From contig CAWFQB010000002.1 in the NCBI GenBank assembly GCA_963817895.1, positions 384,001 through 448,000 of the forward strand: DNA of 64,000 bases, read 5' to 3'. The notes below the pieces were generated by a model that was not told where the DNA came from, searched no databases, and worked only from the letters and a program-made list of their open reading frames with translations. Below are positions 11,846 to 20,768 of the stretch, one piece after another. Position 1 is the first letter of the stretch; every line of letters starts with the position of its first letter. This stretch comes from an uncultured Chthonomonadaceae bacterium (GTDB lineage Bacteria > Armatimonadota > Chthonomonadetes > Chthonomonadales > Chthonomonadaceae). The translations under genes and the position numbers were made by a program.

Positions 11846-13696
11846 ATGAGCTATCTCGATGTACCGCGAATTCACATTGCGGGCCGGTTTTTTACCGACC
11901 CATCTTCCATTAACAATGACCCTGCCCATTATGACCCGAACTGCGAGCGCCCGTCACCCTGGCAAATGCCCAAAGGCAAGCACTACTTCAAACTCGTTGA
12001 CTGCGCTGTCCGCTCGGTACTGAACGATGTGGGCGCGTCTCCAACCGATGACCCGCTGATCGGAGCGCCGTTTCTAAGCACCGATTTGTTTGTTACGCCG
12101 CCCATGTTCCAGGAGAACGCGCCCTCTTCCGCAGCGAAAATGATTGATCTGGATGTGTACCAGCAGGGCGTATCCACGATTTACGGCCTACAGGTGCAGA
12201 TTGCTGTCAGCGAGACGGTTTCGCTCATCGGAAATGTACTGCCATCTCCGTCCCTGAACAGCTACACGTTCAGCCGCGTCCTGCCCACGCGCGGCTGGAA
12301 CGACGATTCGCAGCAGGCGAGCTACGGCAACGACATCAACGCCTGCGGCAATTTCCAAACTTGTATTCGCGTCCCCATTGCGAACTGGCCGGTAAATGCC
12401 TCGCCCGTCCTCGACCTTCTGCGCGCCAGAACCATTACCGAAAATGGCGACGTTCTGCTGGCCCTCAAATTTACCCTCGATGCTTTTAATAACGTGTATT
12501 TCGGCTGCCCTTCCGAAAATTGCTATCATGGCCGCTTGACGGGCTGTATCGGCCCGATGAAGGCCGGCGACCCGCTACAGGCTCCCGGCGCGCGCTGGCT
12601 GGCGGCCCGCGCGCTGCCTGCCAACGCGCCCTGGTTCGTGCCGACGTTCAATTCTGCGCCGTTTCAGGTGGACGCCACGCGCCGCAAACTGGTGGTGGAC
12701 CTTGCCAACAGCCTGTGCCTCGAAACCATCGGCGGCCCTCCGGTTGATCTGGGCGTGTTAAGCGCCGTGATGGGAGGGGAAGACGGACCGGTTACATTGG
12801 GCGCGCTGCAGTACGATCAATTCGGCTATGAAAATAATGCCGGAATCGCGGAACTGGATTTGACCGACGCGCAGGTACAGCAATTGGCGCATTCGCCGCT
12901 CGCTCTGGTCACCTCGCGGCAGGACATCGGCCCGCAGGCCGTGCTGTCGGAAGACCCTTCCGGGCTGTGGTGGGCGGTGGATACCCGTATTCTGCGCATG
13001 AGCAGCGAAGCGAACAGCGCAGCCAGTGTCGCGACGATTCGGGTGCATGCCACGCAATGGGGCTTGCCCGCTCCCCATGTCGCGCTGCAGGCGCAGGTGG
13101 TTCCCGTTCAGGGCACTACCCCGGGCGCGACCGTGCCGCCCACCTATGCGGGGGATACCTTCAATGCTGAGGGCGCGTTGACGGCCTCCATCACGCCGAC
13201 GGATTATGATGGTTACGCGCAATTGACCCTCAATGTCATCAAAGACCCTGGCTCCCGTACTCCCTGGCTGGACAGCCAACTCTACTTCGTCAATATTTAC
13301 AGGGACGCCCCGCAGCAGGGACAGGTTCAGGAACAGCAATTGTCGTGCCAGGTATGGGCGCGATACCCGGTCAATCCCAATCCGACCTGGGATGTGATTG
13401 CCGCCATGATGGCTGCGTATAACCGGTTATACCCGGCCATGAGGGAGATGATTGATCTGACGGATGAACACTCGTTCCGCGTATTCGCCTTCAATCCGCC
13501 CTGGTCTGTGCCGGACGGCATCACCTTCAACGTGCCAGCCGACTATAGCGTGGATGGTATCAACAGCGGCGCAATCCCGTTTTTCCTGACCCGCGATGGG
13601 GATGACCCGCGCTTTATGCCGCCCACTCGCGACCTGTCGCCCAATAAAATTCAGACCATTCTCAACTACATCAAGAACAATCCGCCGCAGTCGTAA
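11846..13696 (+). CDS. VioB/RebD/StaD N-terminal-region-like protein without a C-terminal ferritin-like domain
   Basis: MSYLDVPRIHIAGRFFTDPSSINND and C-terminal YNRLYPAM...RFMPPTRDLSPNK resemble motifs recalled for VioB-like proteins. Confidence 0.6.
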   Translation: MSYLDVPRIHIAGRFFTDPSSINNDPAHYDPNCERPSPWQMPKGKHYFKLVDCAVRSVLNDVGASPTDDPLIGAPFLSTDLFVTPPMFQENAPSSAAKMIDLDVYQQGVSTIYGLQVQIAVSETVSLIGNVLPSPSLNSYTFSRVLPTRGWNDDSQQASYGNDINACGNFQTCIRVPIANWPVNASPVLDLLRARTITENGDVLLALKFTLDAFNNVYFGCPSENCYHGRLTGCIGPMKAGDPLQAPGARWLAARALPANAPWFVPTFNSAPFQVDATRRKLVVDLANSLCLETIGGPPVDLGVLSAVMGGEDGPVTLGALQYDQFGYENNAGIAELDLTDAQVQQLAHSPLALVTSRQDIGPQAVLSEDPSGLWWAVDTRILRMSSEANSAASVATIRVHATQWGLPAPHVALQAQVVPVQGTTPGATVPPTYAGDTFNAEGALTASITPTDYDGYAQLTLNVIKDPGSRTPWLDSQLYFVNIYRDAPQQGQVQEQQLSCQVWARYPVNPNPTWDVIAAMMAAYNRLYPAMREMIDLTDEHSFRVFAFNPPWSVPDGITFNVPADYSVDGINSGAIPFFLTRDGDDPRFMPPTRDLSPNKIQTILNYIKNNPPQS

Positions 13697-13734
13697 GAGG
13701 GCTGTCGGCTCGAATTTTTACGAGGATACATACT

Positions 13735-15285
13735 ATGCGCGGTTTCAAAACCTCTGTTGCCCTTGCTCTGCTGATTGTGTGTCTGTCAGGAATAGCGGCG
13801 CGTGGCCGGGCGCAAAACGATCCCAATAGCGACCCCAACATCGTTCCCAATGCGCTGCCGTATACGCTGACGTTTACTCCGATGACGTATGCGCCGAGTA
13901 CGCGGTATGCGGCTCTGCCCGCGCTGCACTCTTATCGCTCGGTTGTCACAAAAGACGGGAAGTGGCTGGTTCTGGGCGGACGCTACAATGCCGGTCTGCA
14001 CACGTTCAAAACGCCGGTGGCGGGCGTGAACAACTTTTCCAGCCCCAATAAATGGCTGTGGGTGATTGACCCGGAAAAGGGCGTGTTGGGCAAGTTCGAC
14101 GTGACGACCCTGCCGCCCGGCATGGCGCCGCTGTTTCAGGCGACCAATCAGGAGTCCTACTACGACCGCGCTAACGACCGGTTGTACGTGGTGGGCGGCT
14201 ACGGTCTGAATGGACAGGGCAGCTACGTCACGTTTAGCGCCATGATGCGCTTTTCGCCGACACTGGTGATTCAGGAGATACTCAGCGCGGACAGCAATGC
14301 CGTGAAGTCGCAGAAAATTCAGGGGATGGTGCAGCAGTTGCAGGACGACAATCTTGCGGTTACAGGCGGCGAGATGTTTCGGCTGAACGGCGTGTTTTAC
14401 CTCACATTCGGGCAAAAAGCGTCAGGCAAATATGATGCGTTCGGTGGTTCGCTCAACCAACAATACACCCAACAGGTGCGCTACTTCACCCTCAACCCCA
14501 ACGCGCCCGGCCTGTCCTTTTTGACGTTGCCGGTGGGAACGGCGCAAAAGCCCGAGTATCATCGGCGCGATGGCAACATCATGTCCACCATTGACCCGCA
14601 AACCGGAAACCAGCAGATCGGCGTGTTTGGCGGCGTATTTCCCGATGGCGTTATCGGAGCGTTCCCCAATCCCATCTACATTTCGCAGGATCGCTCCATC
14701 GTCATAGACACGGCGAACCAGTATTTCAGCGCGTATAACTGCCCCGTGATCGTGGCCTATGACCCGACAGGCAAGCGGACGTACCATACGTTCTTCGGCG
14801 GTATCAGCCACTACTTCTACAGCGAAACCGCCGCGCAGCAGGTGGTCTACAAGCTGGCGACGGGACAGGGGCGCAACGATGGCCTGCCGTTTATTCGCGA
14901 CATCAGCACGTTTATCCGTAAGGGCGACGGCACATGCGAAGAGTGGATTCTGCCGTCTCCTGTTCCCGGCAGCCTGATGCAGGGAACCGGCGCGGCGTTC
15001 ATGCCGGTCGCCTCGCTGATTGGCGGCGCGCTGGATGAGGAGGGCATTGTGTGGCTGAACAAACTAGCGCCGGAAAGCAGCCAGACTATCGGCTATATCT
15101 ACGGCGGCATCACCGCCCTCAACCCGTTCCCGACGATTCCCAACACGGGTACATCGGGAAGCAATACGGTCTACAAAGTGACGCTGAACATGTCGCCTTC
15201 CGGCGCGATTCCGGTGTCCAAAGCGACAGCGGCAGTGTCTAACGGCACGCCGCCTTTTACCCCGCCCGCTGCGGCGAACCGGTAA
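13735..15285 (+). CDS. Secreted protein, probable Kelch-like beta-propeller
   Basis: Signal peptide (ALALLIVCLSGIAARGRA); repeated hydrophobic-GG motifs (WLVLGGR, LYVVGGY, LAVTGGE, IGVFGG, TFFGG, YIYGG). Confidence 0.6.
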   Translation: MRGFKTSVALALLIVCLSGIAARGRAQNDPNSDPNIVPNALPYTLTFTPMTYAPSTRYAALPALHSYRSVVTKDGKWLVLGGRYNAGLHTFKTPVAGVNNFSSPNKWLWVIDPEKGVLGKFDVTTLPPGMAPLFQATNQESYYDRANDRLYVVGGYGLNGQGSYVTFSAMMRFSPTLVIQEILSADSNAVKSQKIQGMVQQLQDDNLAVTGGEMFRLNGVFYLTFGQKASGKYDAFGGSLNQQYTQQVRYFTLNPNAPGLSFLTLPVGTAQKPEYHRRDGNIMSTIDPQTGNQQIGVFGGVFPDGVIGAFPNPIYISQDRSIVIDTANQYFSAYNCPVIVAYDPTGKRTYHTFFGGISHYFYSETAAQQVVYKLATGQGRNDGLPFIRDISTFIRKGDGTCEEWILPSPVPGSLMQGTGAAFMPVASLIGGALDEEGIVWLNKLAPESSQTIGYIYGGITALNPFPTIPNTGTSGSNTVYKVTLNMSPSGAIPVSKATAAVSNGTPPFTPPAAANR

Positions 15286-15297
15286 TGAATCCAACCG

Positions 15298-15537
15298 CTA
15301 TTCGTCTTCCGGCGCAATGTCCTCATCACCGCCGCCGAGCAGACTGCGGGCCTGCTGCAAGCGTTGAGAAGCCGCGTCGCCGCCCGCTTTGAGTTTCTCA
15401 ATATCGGTCAGCGACAGGTACACTTTCGCCGCGCCCTCCAGATCGGCGCCCTTCAAATCCAGCACGATCCACCCGTCCGGGTCGGTCTTGCCTTTGAATG
15501 TGCCGGTGAACTTGATACGGTTTTTGGGGAAAAGCAA
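15298..15537 (-). CDS. Small hypothetical protein
   Basis: 79-aa ORF with host-like codon usage. Confidence 0.5.
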   Translation of the reverse strand: MLFPKNRIKFTGTFKGKTDPDGWIVLDLKGADLEGAAKVYLSLTDIEKLKAGGDAASQRLQQARSLLGGGDEDIAPEDE

Positions 15538-15822
15538 CGGAGTTCCTCTGCGTGGCTAAAATAAGGGAGTCACATCTGCTACGAAAGTCTTTTGGTGGTT
15601 TCTTTGTACGCAGAAATAGTCGTCATCTTGTGAAGCGAGGTTTCATAAACGCCATACTGATGTAGTAACCCAAGTTGCTACCTTAAACCGTGTTTGAGAT
15701 AGCAACGTACCAAAAGTAGCAATATTCGCCAGAATCTTCCAGATGAGAATTAAGGTAGCAAATTGAATTAGTAGAATATATTAAAAACTATAACTTAGTT
15801 CTTGTTGTTGACGATGAATCTA

Positions 15823-17625
15823 CTAAAAACTGGTCGCATCAAATCGGCGTGAAGTCGTTTTTAGAAGCAAGGTGACAACTATATAGAGTGTCACGGCGAT
15901 TACAACAGTTATCCCACCAATTGCATAGATGCCTGGATTAAATCCTGACTTCATCTTGCCATTGATATACAAGCTTAACATTTGATTTGAACCGCTTAAG
16001 AATGATGACCTTACATAGTCATTAACCGAAAGCAAAATACCGATAATAAATGCACTGACGATGCCAGGCCATGTCAAACTAAAGAGAACTCGACGGCAGA
16101 TAAAGACTCGTGAGGCTCCCATTTCTCGTGCAACTGCAAACAATGTAGGATTCACACTACTATTCACAGCAAAAATAACTGCAACGCAAAAAGGTAACGC
16201 CCAAGCTATATGTGATGCAGCCACAAGTATAAGTGAGGCACCTTTCATGCCGCAGGATTTGTAAATCTTTTGTATTGCTTGAACGTAAGAATTTGCTGGC
16301 AGGAGAACTAATATACTTAGTCCACAAATTACAACAAAGCGCCACAACTGGTGCCACCATACCAATCCAATAATAAATGCCAAGGTTGCACAGAGAAACC
16401 CGACCGGCAACGCTATTTCAAGTGAGTTAATCCATGCTTGTCTTAACGTATCTCCTTCAAATACCTTCCAATACCAATGTAAACTCAACTCAAACTTTGA
16501 ACTGTTAATTACTCTATATGGCGCAATTGAAAGTATTAAGATCGAGCATACCGGTGAGAGTAGGAATAGCATGATTGCCGCCACTATTCCCCCTTCTAGG
16601 AGCGAAGAGGTAACTTGCCTGTAGTGTTGATGCACTGCCCTTATGGAAGGAATAAAAGTCTCAACATCATTCATTTTTCCAAGTTCGTTAGGTTGGTGTT
16701 CTGAAAGGGTGTTGCTGTCTGGGATAGACCTGCCTACATGGCGGAATAATAAACATCCCAACGCACCGCTGACCAGAAAACAAGCTATAAGTAACGAACT
16801 GAGAGCATGTACCGCAGCAAATTTGTTAGCGCTTTGCAGACCATTAATGAAAGCACTCAGACTTCTGTCTTGCTTTTCAAGTAGGGAAGGCTCCACAGAG
16901 TTTCCGAAAGCTAACCAGAAGGCGCAGAACCATCCAAAAAGAATACCGGGTGCAGCTACAGGTAGAACAATGCGGACGAGTCTCGTACCAGTATTGGCAC
17001 CTATTTCATCGCAGGCTATCCAAAAGCTGTTGCGGCTACTGGGTAAAGCAAGAACCACAGGAAAAACAACGAACGGCAGGGTGGCTGCTATTAAAGTGAT
17101 TACAATAGAAGTCCGAGTGTAAATCAGCCATCGAAGTGGGGTAGCATGTGGGATGGTTGAAGTCAAGAATGAGTTTACAAATCCATTAAGATTGAGAAGA
17201 TGCAACCATCCATATGAACGTGATGTGGCATTTACCAGAAATGGAACATTGAGTGTCATTAACAATGTCCACCGCCAGATTGCTGATTTGCGACGAACAA
17301 TAAAATCTGCAAGTGCTATGCCAATTATAATATCAATTGTGGCTACAATTACGCCCCGAAACACGAGTTCTGATAAAGCTGTGACATACTGCGGTTGAAG
17401 AATTTCCTTATACCCTTGCGTCGAACCCCATCCTACCTGCCGCAACCCATCCCAAGTTACCAAACTCTCGTGAAGGACTACAAACATGGGTATCAGACAC
17501 AAAAATAGAAGGCAGAGGCATGGAATAATAGCCATCGCACTATGCCAAAAGTTTCGGTAGCTATCTTTCATCTCACTCCTCAGAATAAACTCATGTGCCT
17601 GATCTACTATATGCAGATCAGGCAC
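15823..17625 (-). CDS. Fused double ABC permease (PotB+PotC-like)
   Basis: Two TM modules, each with a degenerate EAA loop (IACDEIGAN..RIVLP; AVAREMGAS..RVLFSLTWPG); ~600 aa. Confidence 0.8.
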   Translation of the reverse strand: MPDLHIVDQAHEFILRSEMKDSYRNFWHSAMAIIPCLCLLFLCLIPMFVVLHESLVTWDGLRQVGWGSTQGYKEILQPQYVTALSELVFRGVIVATIDIIIGIALADFIVRRKSAIWRWTLLMTLNVPFLVNATSRSYGWLHLLNLNGFVNSFLTSTIPHATPLRWLIYTRTSIVITLIAATLPFVVFPVVLALPSSRNSFWIACDEIGANTGTRLVRIVLPVAAPGILFGWFCAFWLAFGNSVEPSLLEKQDRSLSAFINGLQSANKFAAVHALSSLLIACFLVSGALGCLLFRHVGRSIPDSNTLSEHQPNELGKMNDVETFIPSIRAVHQHYRQVTSSLLEGGIVAAIMLFLLSPVCSILILSIAPYRVINSSKFELSLHWYWKVFEGDTLRQAWINSLEIALPVGFLCATLAFIIGLVWWHQLWRFVVICGLSILVLLPANSYVQAIQKIYKSCGMKGASLILVAASHIAWALPFCVAVIFAVNSSVNPTLFAVAREMGASRVFICRRVLFSLTWPGIVSAFIIGILLSVNDYVRSSFLSGSNQMLSLYINGKMKSGFNPGIYAIGGITVVIAVTLYIVVTLLLKTTSRRFDATSF

Positions 17626-17637
17626 ACACTTGTGACG

Positions 17638-18849
17638 TCAAGCACTACGTAGCTTGCTCCACCACTCCTCATACAACTTATACTCCTTCGGCCGAGAGTT
17701 CTGCCAAAATGCCTGTCCACCTTGCTTCAGGAACTTGTCATGAACATGCTGTGCAGTCGCAGCTATGACTTTCGAGTCGAATTCTGATGGATTCTTGCCG
17801 GCGTAATCCACAGCCTTGTCCGTTGGGACAACATAGCCCCTGAGTTTAGACAATGCACACCCATAATACCCCCCCAACTCCCAGTTGGCAAACTGGTGCG
17901 CCAAATCTATTAGGTCACGAGACTTTGCGCCCGTGTGCAAAATCAGATCGTTGGACCAGCCCTCATACCCTTCTTTGGGTACAGCATACTGAGCATTCAC
18001 TCCGGCTTTCTGAGCAGCAAGAACAATAGGCTCCCACCCGGTCATTACCCACACCTCTTGGCTCTTTATGAGCTGTAGGCCGTCTTCCCATCCGTTCCAA
18101 AGACGGCGAAATTGACCGTCCTTTTTTTTCTTGATTAGAAACTCCATAACCACTCCGAGTTCATCGGGAGTAAGGTTACCAGGATCTTGAATTTTCGAGA
18201 TGGCGTTTTGTTTGAGATAGATCGCCGTGAAAATAGCACTGTTGATCCAAGCATCCTCCATTGAGGTCTTGCCCTTTAGTTTAGGATCAAATACAGCGGC
18301 ATAACTGTCAATTTTACCTACCTTATCGGGAAGGTAAATCATGGAGTCGGCATTGATAACGATTGGTAAACCGTATTGTTTTCCGTCGTATTTGGCATGG
18401 CGAATGTCTTGAGCCCAAGGCCAGACCGCCTGCCAGTTGGGAATTTTAGTTAAATCCCATGGAAGAATTTTGCCTGCTTGTGCCAGTTCTGCTTCAGCCC
18501 CACCTTGTAGACCGCCCAAGTCAAAGTCGTCAGCTACTGTGCCTGAGACCATCTGAGTAACAACTGGTCCTGCATCGTTGTTGTTGTCCTTGAACGTTAG
18601 TTTAACGTGCAAGTCCTGTTGTGCTTGTGCCCACGACTCAAGGTTGAGGGTGCCAGTACCGTACAACTTGAGTTCACGGATGCTGGTTACAAGCTTATCA
18701 GATGTAGCCGTACCAGAGTGGTTGTCGCCTCCACGACAACCACTCATTACTGCTGCAAGGCCGATGCCTGAATAGCCGAGTCGGCGAAGTAGGTCACGTC
18801 TTGATATATTGGAGTCGTAACCATGGTGCTGATCTTTGGGTAAGGTCAT
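17638..18849 (-). CDS. ABC substrate-binding lipoprotein, PotD/PotF-like, Tat-exported
   Basis: Twin-Arg SRRDLL plus lipobox MSGC; DLTKIPNW, DGKQYGLP, FDPKLKGK, YAVPKEG. Confidence 0.8.
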   Translation of the reverse strand: MTLPKDQHHGYDSNISRRDLLRRLGYSGIGLAAVMSGCRGGDNHSGTATSDKLVTSIRELKLYGTGTLNLESWAQAQQDLHVKLTFKDNNNDAGPVVTQMVSGTVADDFDLGGLQGGAEAELAQAGKILPWDLTKIPNWQAVWPWAQDIRHAKYDGKQYGLPIVINADSMIYLPDKVGKIDSYAAVFDPKLKGKTSMEDAWINSAIFTAIYLKQNAISKIQDPGNLTPDELGVVMEFLIKKKKDGQFRRLWNGWEDGLQLIKSQEVWVMTGWEPIVLAAQKAGVNAQYAVPKEGYEGWSNDLILHTGAKSRDLIDLAHQFANWELGGYYGCALSKLRGYVVPTDKAVDYAGKNPSEFDSKVIAATAQHVHDKFLKQGGQAFWQNSRPKEYKLYEEWWSKLRSA

Positions 18850-18883
18850 CTTAATCCTCCTAAAAACTTTCTAAGTAGACCGA

Positions 18884-18932
18884 GGGCTAAAGTTCGTAGA
18901 TTTTACATCTCGAAAAACTACGAACTTAGTCC
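18884..18932. other. Intergenic stem-loop between the ATPase and SBP genes
   Basis: AAGTTCGTAG (18890-18899) pairs with CTACGAACTT (18918-18927). Confidence 0.5.
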
Positions 18933-18982
18933 AATGCCCGCCTTAGTTCAACTCAATCCTTGTTCAATCCCTACATTGTTTA

Positions 18983-20131
18983 TCATGTCTGTAGTGGTAC
19001 CGCATAAGCATCAGACAAAGAGAATGAGAATGATATGGGGTCGCCGGGATTGTACTCTACTTCCATCACACGTCGCGGCACATCACAAATGACTAAGTGC
19101 TTATCAATTTGTCCAAGCATGGTAATGTGGATGCGCTTATAAAATCCGCGGAACTGCACAGTACGCACAATTCCACTAAGGTTGATGTAATTATTATTGT
19201 TATTACGTAAACAAATATCCTCTGCCCTAACTAAAATGGCACATTGTTTGTCATATATATGGTTATATTCTTGAGGCAGATGCAACACAACGTTTAAATG
19301 GGCAGATGTGAATTTGCCACTAAGGTCGCATTCACCCTCCAATATAGTATGACCGTCCAAAATTCTTGCGGCTTCCACACATGGCGGGCGTAATACTATA
19401 TCCTCTGTGTTGCCGTAAGCAATTAATTTTCCATGATTTATTATTGCTAAATGACTACATAGCGACATAGCGAAGTCATGATCATGTGTAACGGTAAGAA
19501 TTGTGGGACGGTTATTCCCATTGGAAACTTCTGTTAGCAACAGAGCCAAGTTGCTTTTCTGCTCTGCATCTAGTGACGCTGTTGGCTCATCCAAAAGTAG
19601 AATGGATGGTTGCATAATAAATGCTCTAGCTAAAGCAGTACGTTGTTTCTCTCCTCCACTAATACTAACTGGTTTATGAAATCTTTGATCCCATATACCG
19701 AAACGCTTCAAGTATTCATTCACGCGGGCTTCAGGAGTTGCTTTTATTTCAGTTGGAATGGCATTTTGACGTTTTAATATTTTGAAAAGTTTCAAGAACA
19801 CATCTCTGATGCTCTTCCTGGAAACAGTCAACGGGAACTCTACATTTTTAAAAACAGTGAGATTGGGAAACAGAGCGTGATCCTGAAATACAGTTATGAC
19901 GCTACGTTCGCCAGGTACATGCTGAGTTATATCACAACTGTCAAGTAAAATATTACCATTAGATACTGGAAGGTGTCCTGCTACAATACTCAGCAGTGAG
20001 GTTTTACCTGCACCACTAGGCCCTATAATGCCAACATGTGCACCTTTTTCAACTTTCAAATTTATATCGTCAAGCTGAAATTTATTGTAACCATAGCTAT
20101 AAGACACCTTCCTAATTTCAAGGTAAGCCAC
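18983..20131 (-). CDS. ABC ATPase, PotA-like, with C-terminal TOBE region
   Basis: Walker A GPSGAGKT, VFQDHALFPNLTV, signature ISGGEKQRTALARA, LLLDEP, VTHD. Confidence 0.9.
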   Translation of the reverse strand: MAYLEIRKVSYSYGYNKFQLDDINLKVEKGAHVGIIGPSGAGKTSLLSIVAGHLPVSNGNILLDSCDITQHVPGERSVITVFQDHALFPNLTVFKNVEFPLTVSRKSIRDVFLKLFKILKRQNAIPTEIKATPEARVNEYLKRFGIWDQRFHKPVSISGGEKQRTALARAFIMQPSILLLDEPTASLDAEQKSNLALLLTEVSNGNNRPTILTVTHDHDFAMSLCSHLAIINHGKLIAYGNTEDIVLRPPCVEAARILDGHTILEGECDLSGKFTSAHLNVVLHLPQEYNHIYDKQCAILVRAEDICLRNNNNNYINLSGIVRTVQFRGFYKRIHITMLGQIDKHLVICDVPRRVMEVEYNPGDPISFSFSLSDAYAVPLQT

Positions 20132-20768
20132 TAGTATTCTCCATTTTTGGATCTACAATGATGTATGGTAATCGTTGCTTCGCTACAGGTAGCAGTTCAA
20201 GGTACTTTCCTTCATAGATTGCAACAATTATATCCATCTCTGCGGCAGGCCCAAATTCTAAATCAACTATGTTCTGGTCTGCAATAAAGAGCTTCATTGC
20301 AATTTCTTCAATGATGTAAGGTGCAAGACGTACCATCATGGGATGTCGTTTGCTCGAAATTCCATGCTGGCGTAGTAAGGGCTGGAGATTCCGAAATATC
20401 TGGTTGTGACAATGACTCGCGAACTCTCGCGAATGTGTATACACATTATTTACTGTCTCCAGATAATATATGAAGTTAGGTAAATTTGCATAATTAGTCC
20501 ACGAATTTATTTTTATATTGGGAAGATTTGAAGCCATCAATGCTGAACTTAAATCTTTGCAACGCTTCTGAACGTGCGCTTCAGCAGAAGCGATTGAAAG
20601 GTGGCAAAGATGTGACTGATTGGTTATTTCTGGTTTGTCAAGAAGACAAATAATTAGCTCATCGCACATACTCTGTGTATGCCGTGCAACATAACTCAAA
20701 TAATGTGGTGTCATGACGTACGCGCCTAGACTAACTAAGATTATACCTTCTTTTTTATTATTTATCAT
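20118..20768 (-). CDS. Divergent tRNA-dependent cyclodipeptide synthase (CDPS)-fold protein
   Basis: 216 aa. LVS13LG (catalytic Ser position), LLD44, SIASAEAHVQKRCKDL, INSW, EFASHC, Y151IIEE155 (YxxxE) and PYIIVDP are colinear with AlbC motifs as recalled. Confidence 0.7.
   Translation of the reverse strand: MINNKKEGIILVSLGAYVMTPHYLSYVARHTQSMCDELIICLLDKPEITNQSHLCHLSIASAEAHVQKRCKDLSSALMASNLPNIKINSWTNYANLPNFIYYLETVNNVYTHSREFASHCHNQIFRNLQPLLRQHGISSKRHPMMVRLAPYIIEEIAMKLFIADQNIVDLEFGPAAEMDIIVAIYEGKYLELLPVAKQRLPYIIVDPKMENTSGLP

Noticed and set aside
11846..15285. Violacein or indolocarbazole biosynthetic cluster
   Set aside because: No VioA/C/D/E or RebO/P homologues; protein lacks the ferritin-like half
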